Origin: Antedon mediterranea
Lineage: Eukaryota > Animalia > Echinodermata
Direction of reading: 5' to 3'
NCBI RefSeq assembly: GCF_964355755.1
Contig: NC_092677.1
Location: forward strand, 11,430,101-11,494,100
Length of the DNA stretch: 64,000 bases
Part shown: one piece after another, positions 50,715-64,000 of the stretch
How the letters are laid out: every line of letters begins with the position of its first letter
Numbering within the stretch: the first letter of the stretch is position 1
Position numbers and translations under genes: made by a program
The notes under the pieces: generated by a model
Databases searched by the model: none
Seen by the model: only the letters and a program-made list of their open reading frames with translations
Told to the model about the DNA's origin: nothing

Positions 50715-51120
50715 GGTCAGAAAGACCATGATTTCTGTTGAAATGAAATCTCTAGAACAGATTGAATATTTTTTTATCGGGAGGTTCTCGATAAAGAGTA
50801 TATTACTACGGGGAATAGTCATTGCCTCGGTATAGAAATTTTGCTTATTTTCTTGTAAATAGCTTGGTGAATAGAGGTCTATTTGTTGCTGTGTGAGGAT
50901 ATCATTGTATTTTGTATATTGTGTTTCGCACGTTTCATGGAAACGATTGACCGGAAAAAAACAATAGCGCTTTAATTACAACTACAGTATCAACCTCCAG
51001 TCAGAATTTCAATGATTTCTGCTGTATGAAATAGCCTGAGAGCAGATCAATTGTTTTTCTCTACAAATTCTTGACAAAGAGTAGGCCTACAGAAGATAAA
51101 TTCTATCTACGAACTGGCTG
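50715..51120 (+). repeat. Diverged direct duplicate of 49195-49545
   Basis: Shared colinear blocks CCATGATTTCTGTTG, TTTGCTTATTTTCTTGTAAATA, TCTATTTGTTGCTGTGTGAGGATATC and ATGAAATAGCCTGAGAGCAGATCAATTG. Confidence 0.88.
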
Positions 51121-51328
51121 AATAGGCAAAAAATAAATACAAACCACTGCAGCGCCATCATCGTCGTTGGTGCATGATTTTTCGAAGAGAGATCATCGAA
51201 TGATGTGTGTGTGGAAGAAAATGATCGATTATCGGTGTGGTTCGGATGATACCAAAGTTTACTTTTTATTTTGAAGTGATTATAAGAAAGAAGTATAAAC
51301 ATTCGGTCACCAGCTGATATATCTGGAC

Positions 51329-54300
51329 ATGGCTGTCCACGAGAATTTAGTTCTGTAAGTCAGTACTTCTGTATGCAAACCATGCTAGGTCTATCGAACC
51401 TTGTTCTACACTAACTAACATAACATCCTAGCTAGGCCCCAGTCCAACCAGGCATTTATTATAGCCCGACTGGCAGTATATCGAGGTTTCTGATGCTGGT
51501 CAACTCGTACTTTATAATTGTATGATACAAAACAAAATTATGATATAGGCCTAGGCTAGGCCTTTTATTCAGGCTAATTATAATTATTAGATGCATTTAT
51601 ACTTCCCTAAACTTTGTCAAGAGTAAGACTAAGAAAATATACAAAAAAAATAATAAGATAATATAATTTTATATAGGCCTAAATATTTGTATTTAATTTT
51701 TAAAAATATATATAAATATTTAGAATAAGTAGAGGTCTAGGCTGCCTAGTAGTACTAAAGTAAGTAGGCCTAGGCCTAGTTAGTACATAGGCCTACTATA
51801 ATTCATTTACTTGACCGAAGAACAATTGTAAGCTGATCCCACGTCAACAAATTATTAACGATGATTTGTGTCAGTCTTGTATTTTTTAACTTTTCAGGCA
51901 TATTGGTGAAGACAAGTTTTACATTGAGGCCAGAGACCAAGGAACAAAAGAAGTGTTGGTTATTGACCGACTAAGTCAAGAAATTGTTCTAGAATGCAAG
52001 TATCTTCTCAATTCTAGCGACATAGTTGCCAGATAATTTTTCAAAAGTACCGACTATTCTTTATATTTCAGAAAAGAAGATTTTCATTAAGTTACAGGAG
52101 TGGAGTTGGTGGTTATGATGCTTGGCTACCAATGACGATGACAATTTAGAACTCCACTCCCAAAGACTTGTAATAAGACTTTGTTTATGTAGAGCATCTT
52201 ATGTATGTTATACCACCTTTAAGAAGGATAGTGAATCCTTGGCAATTTGCCTAAATTAAATTAATTTAGTCATATATATTTTATTTACAATAATTTATTT
52301 CTTTATGTTATAATGATGAATTATTTATTTATTTAAAGATTTTTCTTAATTCTTTATTTTTTGTATGAAACCCATTTTGACTATTCCCTGATTATGTATG
52401 TTTATCTGCCTTATTTGCATTTAAATATTGATAATAACTTTGTTTTGTAGCTAGTGGAATTCAAATACCAACAGTAACTGCAGTCCAGCCAATATGTGGT
52501 GTAATAGGCACAATCAACCTGCTTGCCGGTAAATCTTTATCAATTAAATGAGCTATAGTAGACACTCCTATATTAAAGGGACACTTAACCATGAAACAAA
52601 ATGGAGGCAATATTATGTTATTAACACTACAAGAATCCCTCTATTCAGGAGGCACTCCTATATTAAAGGGACACTTTCCCATAAAACAAAATGGAGGCAA
52701 GATTATCACTACAAGAATCCCTATATTCAGAAGGAACTCCTATATTAAAGGGACACTTTCACATGAAACAAAATGGAGGCAATATTATCACTACAAGAAT
52801 CCCTCTATTCAGGGTACATTCCTCTTGGATTCCGAAAATGTCCCCTTAATTAGGGATTCTATTGTACAGTATGATGTGATGATCCACAAAATATGTTTTG
52901 AATGTCCTGACTTAAGCCTCTTTCACACTGGAAAGTTTTTCTGTTATTTTTTCTATCTATCATATTAGTCATTATATTATTATTACCATAATTCCTATTA
53001 ATTTCATATCATTAATATATAGGTCATTATCTTGTAATTATAACAAAGAAAAGAAAAGTTGGAGAGATTAAAGGAGAAACTATTTGGAAGATTACTAGTA
53101 CAGAGATAATTCCATATAGAAAGACGCTTCTACATTTATCAGAAATCCAGGTAATTCAATACTACAATAGAACCCCTATTACACAAATGATTCCATGAAT
53201 AGAAGTTAGCCATAGTTTTAAAACATTCTGTATGTCCCTTTTCATATGCATCCAACAGCGAGCAACTCACCAATGGATGTATAAACAGGATGGATGAACT
53301 ATTTTATAATATATCATGCATTTGAGGCTTGAAAATGGAGTTGACAAAAATTGGAAGGCAAGCATGTTAACCACCAAGCTACAGCTCCACCACCAATGTA
53401 CACTACTTTGTCCCTTAATATGGCTGTCCCCTCAATATTGTTTTTAAGTTAATTTTTAATTATCTTTTTCTAATCATAGCAACGGCACAATAGAGTGTAT
53501 GAGGGCATGATCCAGCAAGTGTTAGATATGAATTGTTACTACTTCTCGACGACCTATGACCTGACCCATACACTGCAAAGGCTGTACAACACTAGTCCAG
53601 AATTCTCACAAATGGCTCTCCACGAACGAGTAAGTTCCAGTACTATTTTTCAATCCTATTACATCTTATAAACCATAGTTGCATATTGTGTGGTAACATG
53701 AAGAAAAAAATAAAGGCAGGGAAATCCTAGAATATTGATTTAGTTTTATTTAACTATTGTCATCTAGGCTGATCAGAGATTTGTTTGGAACTGTCATTTA
53801 CTTCGTGAGTTGAGTGCACAACCTGAGGTAAGTGGACATTTTAATTCATTCAATGATGAAATCAAGTTAATTTTATGTAAAAGGTATTAGAGATTTCTCC
53901 GCTGGTGTGCTTTGAATAGTAAGACCTGCTCTCTGTATCTGCAGTTAGCCTAATAACAATAATAATAACAATTCTTATATAGCGCATATAAGCAAGCTCT
54001 TATTGCGCTATTATTACCCCAGTCATTTTTTAGATCAACCACGTATGCAAACATACTCCTATAATAATGAGGCTAGCAGATACAAGCACATAATCAATAA
54101 TGCAAAATTATTACTGGTTTTTTTTTTTCAGGTTTCAAGATTCATCCTGCCAGTGATGTGTGGCTGTATCCTTTTATTGATTTTAATATAAACTTTTTTA
54201 ATTTGTCAAAAATATTTTATTAAATGTTTTAACTCCAACAGGCCTTGTTGTTTTGAGATGTGGAAGCGCGATAACTCACCTAACACACTCATAATATACC

Positions 54301-57300
54301 CTTGAGGTGTAGTGCGATTCGCAACCGACATATATAATAATAACATCATTTTTTTAAGGAGCACTCAAATTAAAACTTTGAATTGCAGTTTTCTTTTTAA
54401 AAATTGTTGATACTTGACAAAACCTTCAGTTGTAAGTGTAAAAGTTGGTCTGATTAACAGCAAACGCTTTGAGCATATATTGGTGTCACGCAGAAGTTGT
54501 TTCCGAGCTGGAACGCGATTTTACATGCGTGGTCTGGATGACCAAGGCCATGCAGCGAATTTTGTTGAGACGGAGCAAATAATACAGCATAGTGGTAACC
54601 TGGCCTCATTTGTTCAGGTAAGTTTGTGAAGACTATTTATATAATTTTACATTAGGTTAAATTTAGAAGACGTACTAAAGAGATCCACATTGTTAAGATT
54701 TAGTAAGTAAACATTTAATCTTTTAAATGTAAATGTTTTGTTTACTTATAGACACGTGGTTCAATCCCACTTTTCTGGACTCAACGTCCAAACATCAAAT
54801 ACAAGCCGACGCCACAAATCAGCAAAAGCCAAAACCATGTAAGTGTTTTTTTTTTTTTATTCAGTATATTACACAGAGGCGCCTTACAAGATGGAACCAT
54901 CTTAGCTTCAAGGCGCCTCAGATAAACAAATACAACATTTTAAAACAACTAAAAGAAACATCAATTAAATCTTCCAGAATTAACAAGAAATTGTTGTACA
55001 TAATAAAATAATAAAGCATTTTCACAATTCGAAAGAAGATTGGAACCAAAAATAAAAATTTCACTTAAAAATGTAAAATTAAATGTTAAAGAAAAATCCT
55101 TGGCTAAGATATCCTCAATAATTGAGTTAGCGCTTACAAGTAGAATATCTCTTTGTGTATTATAATTAGGGCAGTAACATAAGAAATGAAGCGGATTTTC
55201 AACATTAAAGCCACAAGTACAATTTGGATTGTCCCGAAGTCCATGTAAGAATAAATGCGAATTGAGACAGCTGAAACCAAGTCGGATTCTAGTGTGAATT
55301 TGGTTAATCTTCTTATCACCTGTATCATAATAAGAACGTTTTTTTGTTTCAAACAAATTGGATTTCAGTAGCAATTTTTTAAACTCAACAAGAAATGAGG
55401 AATTTTTTATTTCATTATTTAACTCATTCCAATGTGTTATAATAGATGGGACAAAAGATAAACGATATGATGTGGTCTTACAAAATGGAATTATTATATT
55501 TCGGATGTTACGCAAGTTATAAACTTCAATATTGTCAGAAAAATTAAATAAGGAGTAAAGATACACTGGTGTTAACTTATGAATAATTTTAAAAAACAGT
55601 ATTAGGTTAAGAAATTGTCTATGTTTTTCCAATGATAACCAGCCTAATTCTTGTCTTAATGCATTATGACTTGTATGTTTCCACGCACCAGTACATATTC
55701 TACCTGCAGAAATCTGGATATTTTCTAGTTCATCACTTAATTTATCTGGGATATTACACCAAACAGGAGCTGCATATTCCATTAATGGTCTAACGTGTGA
55801 TATGTAAATGTGACAGAGAGCCTGTCGAGGTAGAATATGTTTGACACGACGTAGCATATTTAAAGATAAAGACGCTTTGTTAATTACAGATTGGATATGG
55901 GAATCCCACTTGAGTTTTGCATTAAGCATTACACCAAGATGCCTATGATCATTTACAAATTGTAGATTTACATTATTGAAATTTAAACTAACATAGTTAT
56001 CTAAATGTTTACGTGTAAACAGTATAGCTTTCGTTTTGTTAGCATTGAATGTTACTTTCCATTTTTTTGCCCAATTATAAATGACATTAAGATCACCATT
56101 TAATTTTTGTTCTGAAAATGTAAGTGTTACTGTATAAAAAATCACACAATAATTAATGCCATGCTTTTATAAAGTCACCTGATTTCCAAGTTGGGACCTG
56201 TGAATCAGTCATTTGAAAGATAGCAAAAGTAAAAAATGTAATACAATATTAATATTTATTTGAACTTTGACATTGCAGCTGGATGCGTTTCATCGTCATA
56301 TTGACAGCTTGGTTGTCAGCTATGGCATGCATGTGCTTATTAATTTGGTAAGTAAAAAAAATGATGCCTCTGGCATGTGTTATGATAAATACTATACCTT
56401 GCCAAAAGAAGTGCATTTTTTAATTGTTTAAAACATTTTTACAGATTGACCATAAAGGTGCTGAGAAATTGCTGGAGGACAGATTTGCAAAGACTGTGTA
56501 TGATTCTAAAAATGAGCAGATTAGGTAATTACGCCATAATGCACTTACATAAAAGCCCTAAAGGCTTTTTCTTACGTTTGCTAACAAGGGCCTATAAGGG
56601 CGTGTGGCTCAGTGTGTCGGACGTTCGACTACTGATCGTGAGGTCAAGGTTCAAATCCAACTCTTGCTGCATTGCTTGTATCCTTAGGCAAGATACTTTA
56701 CTTACGTTTGTCTTTCTCCACCCAGATGTATAAATGGGTACCTGGTTAGATCAAGACAAAACTTTGCGCTGATTACTAGCTGCATTATGGGAGTATGTTT
56801 CCATACGCGTTTGATTTGGGAAATAATGTTCAGCGCTTTAGTTTCACAACATTAGGCGCTATATAAATCCAGGATTTTATTATTATATATCAAATGTGTA
56901 TTATGCTAATGAAGGATTTAATTGACAGGTACGAGTCATTTGATTTCCATCATGAATGTCGTAAAATGCAGTGGCACCGTCTGTCCATCTTGACTGAAAA
57001 GCTATCTAAAGAACAAGAACAGTTTGGGCAAGTTGAATTTTATATAAAAGAAATACACTTTATTTTCAATAATTTCAATAATATTCATATTTAATGTGGT
57101 GTGGGTCAAACAAGTCTTTTTTTTTGTTGACCATATTTACTGAGGGTGTTCCATCCAGCGATTGCTGATCATTAGGGACCCTCAGAGGTTCACAAGATAT
57201 ACACAAGATGCTCTACATAAACAAAGTCTTTAGGAGTGGAGTGGTAATTTTGTCCTTAGAAAAAAATCCTGACATGTGACGAGACTTGTAGCCAAGCATC

Positions 57301-60300
57301 ATAATCACCAAGCCACAACCCCACTCTAACTTTCTGACTTATATGACCCTCCCTCTACATGATTACTTCATTGTATTTATTATCCTGTATTGTATTGTGG
57401 AAATTGAATTGAATATATAAAATTTGAGTAATAAAATGCAATGTTAAATTTTGTGACTTTTGAAGACCAATTGGTCACCACTGAGTTTATGTAGTCCATC
57501 TGCTAATACATAGTATTATTTTATAAAACAGACATAGAAGAAATTCTAAACCATTAATTAACCATTAATTAATTAAAGCATACAATCTGTACGAGTAAAA
57601 GCCTGTTTACAAGATTATTTTATGTTTGTAGTTTGATTTCAAATTTGATTTTTATTATAGTTATTTCATGGTGTCATCAAGCAATGAATTGTTAAAACAT
57701 CAAATTGGTGTATTTAGGACAAATTGTATTGACTGTCTGGACAGGACTAACGTGGTACAGAGTCTGCTGGCTAGGCGCTCTCTATATGAACAGATGCAGG
57801 TTTGTTAAAATTGTTATATACACTCAATACAGAACAAGGTTGAGCTAATGGTTTGTCTTCGTCGTTGTAAGCTCCCCAATCAACATATTGATTATTAATG
57901 AACTACTTTAAGTAGTGGCTGTGTGTGACTGGCTGTGTGAACTAGTACACAGGGGTACCCCCTACTAGTCTTGATGTAAGATGTACTGGGTTCTTCACTC
58001 AAGCATTTTGCATACACTGGACTTACGGTTTAGTCCTTATCCGAGAAGACATGTTCTACCACCAGAACCATGGAGCGAGTGAGCCTCGAACCCTTGCCGA
58101 TATTATGGCTACGTATTACGGTTCCACTGTCTTAACCGCTTGGCCACTCACTCACTTATAGTCCCATGCTGTTCTACCTATCAGAGACAAATACATAGCT
58201 TCAAATTCAATACAAATTCATTCTTGTAAATCAAATGATTTTGCATTCAAATGACTGCGGTCTAATGTTGCATCAGAATCAATGTCAATGCAACAGAGTT
58301 AACGACACACAGGTGTACAGAGAGTTGAATAATTTCACAAACAGTTGCATCAGTTTTAACTCGGATGTGAGTGCTGTAGTGCATGTGAACTCACCTCTGT
58401 CTGCTTTTTTAAAATAACTGCTATTTAATGAATTCTGTTTAGTTTTTTGGAATATTGAAACCGGGTGAGAGAATAGAAGAACATCAGTTTGATAGTTCAT
58501 TTAATAATGGTAAGTAAAAATGTTTTTCATTGTTATCAATATGTATATGTTTATAACAAACTTACTTAAAGCATGCAGCAGTCACTAGCTAGGCTTAGAC
58601 TAATGTTTTTTTTTATTGATAGTTTGGGCTGATAATGCGGATGAATGCTCCAAACAGTATGCAGGCACTGGTGCCCTTAAGACAGACTTCACACGTACTG
58701 GCAAAAGGACCAAGTTTGGCCTCCTCAAAGATGGTTTCAACTCTGCTGTTCGGTATTATAAAAATAACTTCTCCGATGGAACTAGGCAGGTTAGTATATT
58801 CAACATTCTAATAAAGCTTAATTACTTAATACTTTAAAAAAATTATATATTTAATTTTCAAACTAATTCACTTATTACTTGGAAAAACAGGATTTTGCTA
58901 AGTATAGTACTTGCTTTGTTTGTTAGCACGATAGCGTCCACAATTTTTAAGTTATCATCCTGAATGTTTGGGAGTTAATAGGTACTTACAGATTTTCAGG
59001 AAAATTGATATATTGGTTACGTCACAAAAGCTTATATTAAAATCTACATCGTCCATATAAGGTATTCAATAGCTCAGCCTCTAAATACAGTAACCAGCAG
59101 CTTTTTATCAACTCTGTTTTTGCCCCTCGAATCGACTGACTCTAAAAATAATAAGGACTTAACATCCCAACCAGTTCTCATCCAGGGCACTCATAATATA
59201 GTTTTCCCTTATATATTTTGCCAAGTACTTTACTCAGTTTCTGAGTGTTTTTGTTTGTTGATTATTATAGGATGCAATAGATCTGTTTCTTGGTAACTAT
59301 ATTGTAGAAGACAATGAGGGAATCACATTTCCATCACCCTTAGAACAACAGAGGGATGTCAAGTATCTCCTGGTAAGTGCTGCTAAAATTTTATTCTATT
59401 ACCGGACACCATTGGGCTGGCCTAATATCTCTCTGGTTTTCTGGAAAGTCTGGTATTCAGAATGTGTTTTTAATTGTAAAAGTGAATTTTGGACCATTTT
59501 TTACCTCAAGAAAAGTCTGGTTTTTTGTTTTTAGAGGGTATTAGGAGAGTTAGACTATGTATGTATTTAATGTCAAGGTTTTAAAAACTGCTATTAAAAC
59601 AGGCATCACTTTTGTGAGTTAGTGATGTGCAATTTATATGTATTTTATATATAATTCTAAATTTTATTTTATATTTATGTATTATCTTGCTAGAGTTATT
59701 GATATGGTTGTTTTTTTTTAGCTACCCCTTATATGTGTCATTGCATTCAGTATGACGCTGATAAGTGTTCTTATGCCTCCAGGTATGTTTTATTCTGTCT
59801 TATTGCAGACATTCTGCTAAAAATGATTTTTGAATATACTTAATATTTAATATGGAATCGATGAAATTTTATCTGACAATTAGCGCCTATCTGACAAAAA
59901 TTTTATTTTATTTTTTATTTTATTTCATCATCACCCTACAGTGACCAAACGTCACCATTAACAGGGTTGAAAGTCGTAAAATATAACATATTATATACAA
60001 GCAAAAATCAATAGATAACAAGACAACATTTAAATATTACTGACATTAGACAAAACCTTGTGACGGAAACAAGCAAGGGAATCAAAAAAAATATCAACAG
60101 ATCCATCAATTTTACACAAAATTACCTAACGCATACGCATATAAATTAACATAACATCATCGCAAACCGGTATAGGCCGCAAGACCGCTTTAAATAGCTC
60201 TGTTATCAGGGTGTATCGTTGCAAAATGTGATATTGCAATGTACTAATTTATTTTCTTGTAGCCGAGACCTTTCTGGCAATCTCGTACTTTCTATTCTGG

Positions 60301-60399
60301 TTGATAGCTACTACTTTGACCTTTGGCCTCATCTACATATTTGGACTTGAGTATGTAGATGCACCTCGACTGTGTCAGAGTAAGATAAAGGTTGACTAA
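51329..60399 (+). CDS. SACM1L: Phosphatidylinositol 4-phosphate phosphatase SAC1, multi-exon
   Basis: [11 protein letters not shown]-like segment, [26 protein letters not shown], catalytic [31 protein letters not shown], hydrophobic C-terminal segments and a KIKVD* di-lysine motif. Confidence 0.96.
54166..54429 (+). other. Candidate U12-type GT-AG intron in SACM1L
   Basis: Donor GTATCCTTTT; branch-like TACTTGAC at 54411-54418; in-frame join PVMCG|FVSVK. Confidence 0.8.
54848..56117 (-). mobile_element. 5'-truncated non-LTR retrotransposon (CR1/L2-group-like) in a SACM1L intron
   Basis: Stop-free RT C-terminus ([20 protein letters not shown]) and a C-terminal C-C-H-C finger; poly(A) tail seen as the T-run at 54846-54858; TSD ATGTAAGTGTT at 54837-54847 and 56118-56128. 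Confidence 0.9.
56598..56885 (+). mobile_element. tRNA-derived SINE with Deu/Nin-like core
   Basis: A-box TGGCTCAGTG, B-box GGTTCAAATCC, core TCCTTAGGCAAG...CCACCCAGATGTATAAATGGGTACC, and a TTA-repeat tail. Confidence 0.7.
57930..58152 (-). mobile_element. tRNA-derived SINE with Meta-like core
   Basis: Minus strand reads GTGGCCAAGCGGTTAAG...GGTTCGAG...TCTCGGATAAGGACTAAACCGTAAGTCC. Confidence 0.62.
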
Positions 60400-61268
60400 G
60401 AAAAAAAATGTGATTTCTATAAACTGAACTATCTGCTGCTAACGTTAGTTATTAATGGTAGGAGGTATTTAGTAGAATCAAACAGGCATTAGTTTAATAA
60501 ACATAATCAAGTGATAATTTAGGCTACAAAAATACCCAAGTAGGTTCGCAATAAATCATGGAGTTAAATTCAGTATCATAAAAAAAATGTATTCTTAGTA
60601 GATATTTTAACGCTTCATTTAGGGACCATTAAATATGATTTATTATAGATGATAATTAACTTTTATGACTTATTTTCCATTTATTATGTATAGTTACTCC
60701 TTGGTTATATCGCCTTAAAATTAGTTGCTTGAAAACGAATTAACAAATAATCTTGATATAGGACCAACGTAAATCAAACCAATTTTAAACAACCAAACTT
60801 ATTGTAAATTTATGCAATTAAAAAATGTTTAGTTTAAACTTTATATTATTGAAGCATTATTATTATCAATAATCTTTGTAATTTATCAATTATGAGGAAT
60901 AGAAATATGCCTGTAAATTTGTAAAAAAATTAACTTGATCAATTTATATCATACATTTGTGAATTTAGAAATATAATTTATGTTATACTCTTTTTATTAT
61001 CTATCTAAATATTAATCTAAACAATTTTACAACATTCAATAATGCTATAGCACAGTTGCAATCATTTAGATAGATTTCATTTACTAAAATCGGCGATTAA
61101 ATTAAATTAAAAAAACAAATAATAAAGTTGTTTCCGTGTTTTTTTTAATTTCAAAATTATTTCAAACCCAAGTTATATTAACTTTCCACCATTAATATCG
61201 TTTTGCCTATAAAATTGTATGAGTTTTAAATAATACCATTTTGTTTGCTTTTTATATAATTTTCGTAT

Positions 61269-62496
61269 CTAATATTTTGCCTTTAACTGTGTTGCAGCGG
61301 CTTTGTCTAGAAACCAATGAACCAGTCCATTTGTGAGTTGTACCCTGGCCGCTGGTAAGGGCTCACATTCATTTCCCTCCAATACTCTCTGTAATAAATA
61401 TAAAACAGATTAATTTATTTAAAGAAGTATGTTTGAAACAGCGTTAATAATTACGGGTATGGATATTAATGGCGTTAATATTTAATACAGTAAAATTAGT
61501 GCTTTGTTTTTCCCGCGATAACAATTCAAATTTTTAATTGTCTCGGATATTTTGTACGATTTAAATACATACCGCCAACATCTCCGCTTTGCTGGCACCC
61601 ATTGAAATAAAGAGGGCGCTCTTTGCTACGTTAATGACTGGGAATGTTAAAGTTACTCTGCAAGGTGGTGGTTTAGGAGAATCACGGATTGGTGCTACAG
61701 TCAAACTTGTTTCCTGAAAAAATGAATTAGAAATTGCATTCCTGAACAATATTGATGTATTAACTGTAAACCTGTCGTATTATGAAGTGCCGTACTTACG
61801 TCTAGAAGTTTGTGACCTGGAAACAGTGAGCATGTGTGGCCATCTGGTCCCATTCCCAATATAAGCAAATCAAAGACTGGTAGTCCGGATTCACCTTTTT
61901 GTATAGCATCGATTTTCTTGGCATAATCTTTTGCTACATCTTCTAAAGGTAGAGATGGGTCAATTGCATACAGTTGCGACTCTGGTAAACTAACCTTGCC
62001 AAGGAGATTTTCCTAAAAAGATAAGAGACGTCTAATTTTAATTAAACCAAATTTAATTGTAGCTGTATTAGAGTGAACTTTGTGGGTGTGACAAAGTTGA
62101 GGAAAGCTACGAATGCATTACATGTGAAGTGTAAGGACATTTAATATCTGAGCATTGCATGTAAACAACAACAATAATTAACATACATGTGCAAGTAAGT
62201 AATTTATTTATTTGATAAATGTGTTAACGCAGTACCTTATAGAATTTGTATGTGCTATCTGCATTGTCAAAGTCTACAACTCGTTCGTCACAGAAGTATA
62301 TATGCCATTTGTCCCACTGCAAGTCACCAATAGTTGAAAGACCATTACAGAAGATTTTAGCAGCACTACCCCCTGACACTCCAATACAAAATTTCCCCTT
62401 CTCCTGCACAGCGTTTCTACTAAGTTCTGCAATAAAACTGCAAACAGCAGAAGGTACTTCACTATCTTCTAATATGTGAACTTTCTTAGAAGCCAT
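61269..62496 (-). CDS. PGLS: 6-phosphogluconolactonase, 4 exons (~62496-62236, 62012-61800, 61714-61572, 61389-61269)
   Basis: [52 protein letters not shown] and WFLDKAAA. Confidence 0.95.
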
Positions 62497-63611
62497 AATT
62501 AGTACATGGAGTGTATACTACCGGCACAAATATTAAGTACTGTAAAACAAATACAGTAAATAAGTAATCTGGGAAATAATAATGAGATACAAAACCGGTT
62601 TGTTATTGTTTTGCTTCCTGGTCAGACCACGCCCCCAACGATACATATTTAGCGCGTAACATTGGGGGAGACATTCTATGACAACCAGCCTAATTACACC
62701 TTTTCTTACTACGCATAACTCCGCAAAACTACCAACATTTGTCTTCAAAATGTTAAACATTCCTATTTAATTTTGATTGACGTGTTGGAAAAAATTAAAT
62801 TAGGTGTATTTTTTCAAATAAATTATATTACTTTGTAATATTAAAATAGGAAATTATATGAATTCACAGGAACTATTTTGTAATCTCAACACGCGCGCGT
62901 ATATCTTTATCACCTAGGAGCAAAACATAAATAAATGAAAAGAAAACCACTCGGGCATCACATATCATTTATAGGATAGTTTTCGTTGGGTGTGCTTGTT
63001 ATCAAAACAAACAATTCAACTCTATACAGTATCAATATACCTTTTAATTATTCATCTATTTATAACATAATGTTTTTACAACTCATGTAAGTATAAATCT
63101 GTGATGTTTTTGTTTTTAAAGTAAATTCCTTCTACTGAATTTTTTAGACTTCTTTTCGGTACTAAAAAAAAGGACAGAGAGGAGATGTGCTAACTTGCCA
63201 TCCACAGCCAAACTGCATGGACCACAAATTTGAGGCCTTTAGCTAGGCTTACACTAGGTAGAGCATAGATAGACAGCTCTGACACTTAGGGCCAATACCT
63301 AGCCTGGCTAGGCCTACTTCAGAAACCGTTTAAGATCACTGTCAGGCATAATACTGTAATCATATAAATATATTTTGATTTTTAATATTTGTTTTGCCTA
63401 CCTAGCCTAGGCCTAGCTAGTAGGAGGAGGAGGCCTATGACTATGTATGAATATGATGTATTGTGTGACCAGGCCTAGGCCTACTCCTCTACTGTCTGTG
63501 TACCCTAGTCTAGACATATATAGGCCTAGGCTAGGTCTATACTTTTGTTAGTTAAGTCAACCTACAATACAGTACACATTAATAAATATTCTTGATTTAT
63601 TTCAGACAAAT

Positions 63612-63842
63612 ATGAATTGTAAGAAGAAGAACACTGAAGAAAACAAGGAATCTGGTAGCGCAACCGATGCAGCAGCAAAGAAGAAGGCTGCTTACAGGTC
63701 AAAGCCACGAGTTAACGGCTTGAGTCTGCCTCTGCATCCGCTGCAATTTGTCGCCTGGTTCTTTCTAATATTTTTCAATGTCGTTTATCACTTTATAGTT
63801 GTACCTGTTCTTCCATATCACTGGCAACCTGCTGGACATATT
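63612..63842 (+). CDS. DHHC palmitoyltransferase ZDHHC1/ZDHHC11-like, first coding exon (partial)
   Basis: R.NG.S.P.HP.Q..AW motif (RVNGLSLPLHPLQFVAW) followed by a TM helix; the exon ends at the U12-like donor GTATCCTTC. Confidence 0.8.
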
Positions 63843-64000
63843 GTATCCTTCGAAAATTATCATTTGTTGGCCTAGACAATACAGTAGTTTTTATATTATA
63901 ATGTTGGTTTTTTTTTTTTTTTTATTATTTTTATTCATTTTTTTCAAAAGTTATAATTTTTTTAAAATTTATAATATATTCTTTCAAATTGTATGTTACT

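Noticed and set aside
47984-51120. Methyltransferase as cargo inside the Kolobok element
   Set aside because: The right TIR and TTAA close the element at 47979-47983 and I found no further matching TIR downstream; only adjacency is supported.
56677-56686. Additional U12 donor GTATCCTT
   Set aside because: It lies in a SINE core within an intron, not at an exon boundary.

Overview
This is AT-rich, intron-dense nuclear DNA from an invertebrate animal. A marine deuterostome such as an echinoderm is plausible but inferred. Host genes in order: 3' end of ADCK5 (+), NIPSNAP3-like (+), an unrecognised 4-exon Lys/Ser-rich repeat-protein gene (-), TBC1D32/BROMI (+), FARS2 (-) head-to-head with LYRM4 (+), an intronless class I SAM-methyltransferase-like ORF (+), SACM1L (+), PGLS (-) and the first coding exon of a ZDHHC1/11-like gene (+). 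Mobile DNA includes a young but ORF-disabled Gypsy LTR element in a NIPSNAP intron and a 5'-truncated LINE whose target-site duplication copies a SACM1L splice donor. There are also many Harbinger, Tc1/pogo, hAT and Ginger-like MITEs and tRNA-derived SINEs. The most striking system is a Kolobok family seen in three forms. The first is an apparently intact 6.5-kb element (41453-47979) with a THAP-DDE transposase, a convergent KolX/P2X7-ballast-like gene, and diverged ~280-bp terminal DIRECT repeats in addition to TIRs. The second is a 305-bp solo-repeat-like copy (2745-3049). The third is a 2.7-kb non-autonomous copy (36925-39623). The orphan methyltransferase lies about 315 bp beyond the large element. 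Also noted are three candidate U12 introns, two GC-AG introns, and TAGGCCTA/CCTAGG clusters at gene 5' ends. Exon boundaries were read by eye and no database searches were run.
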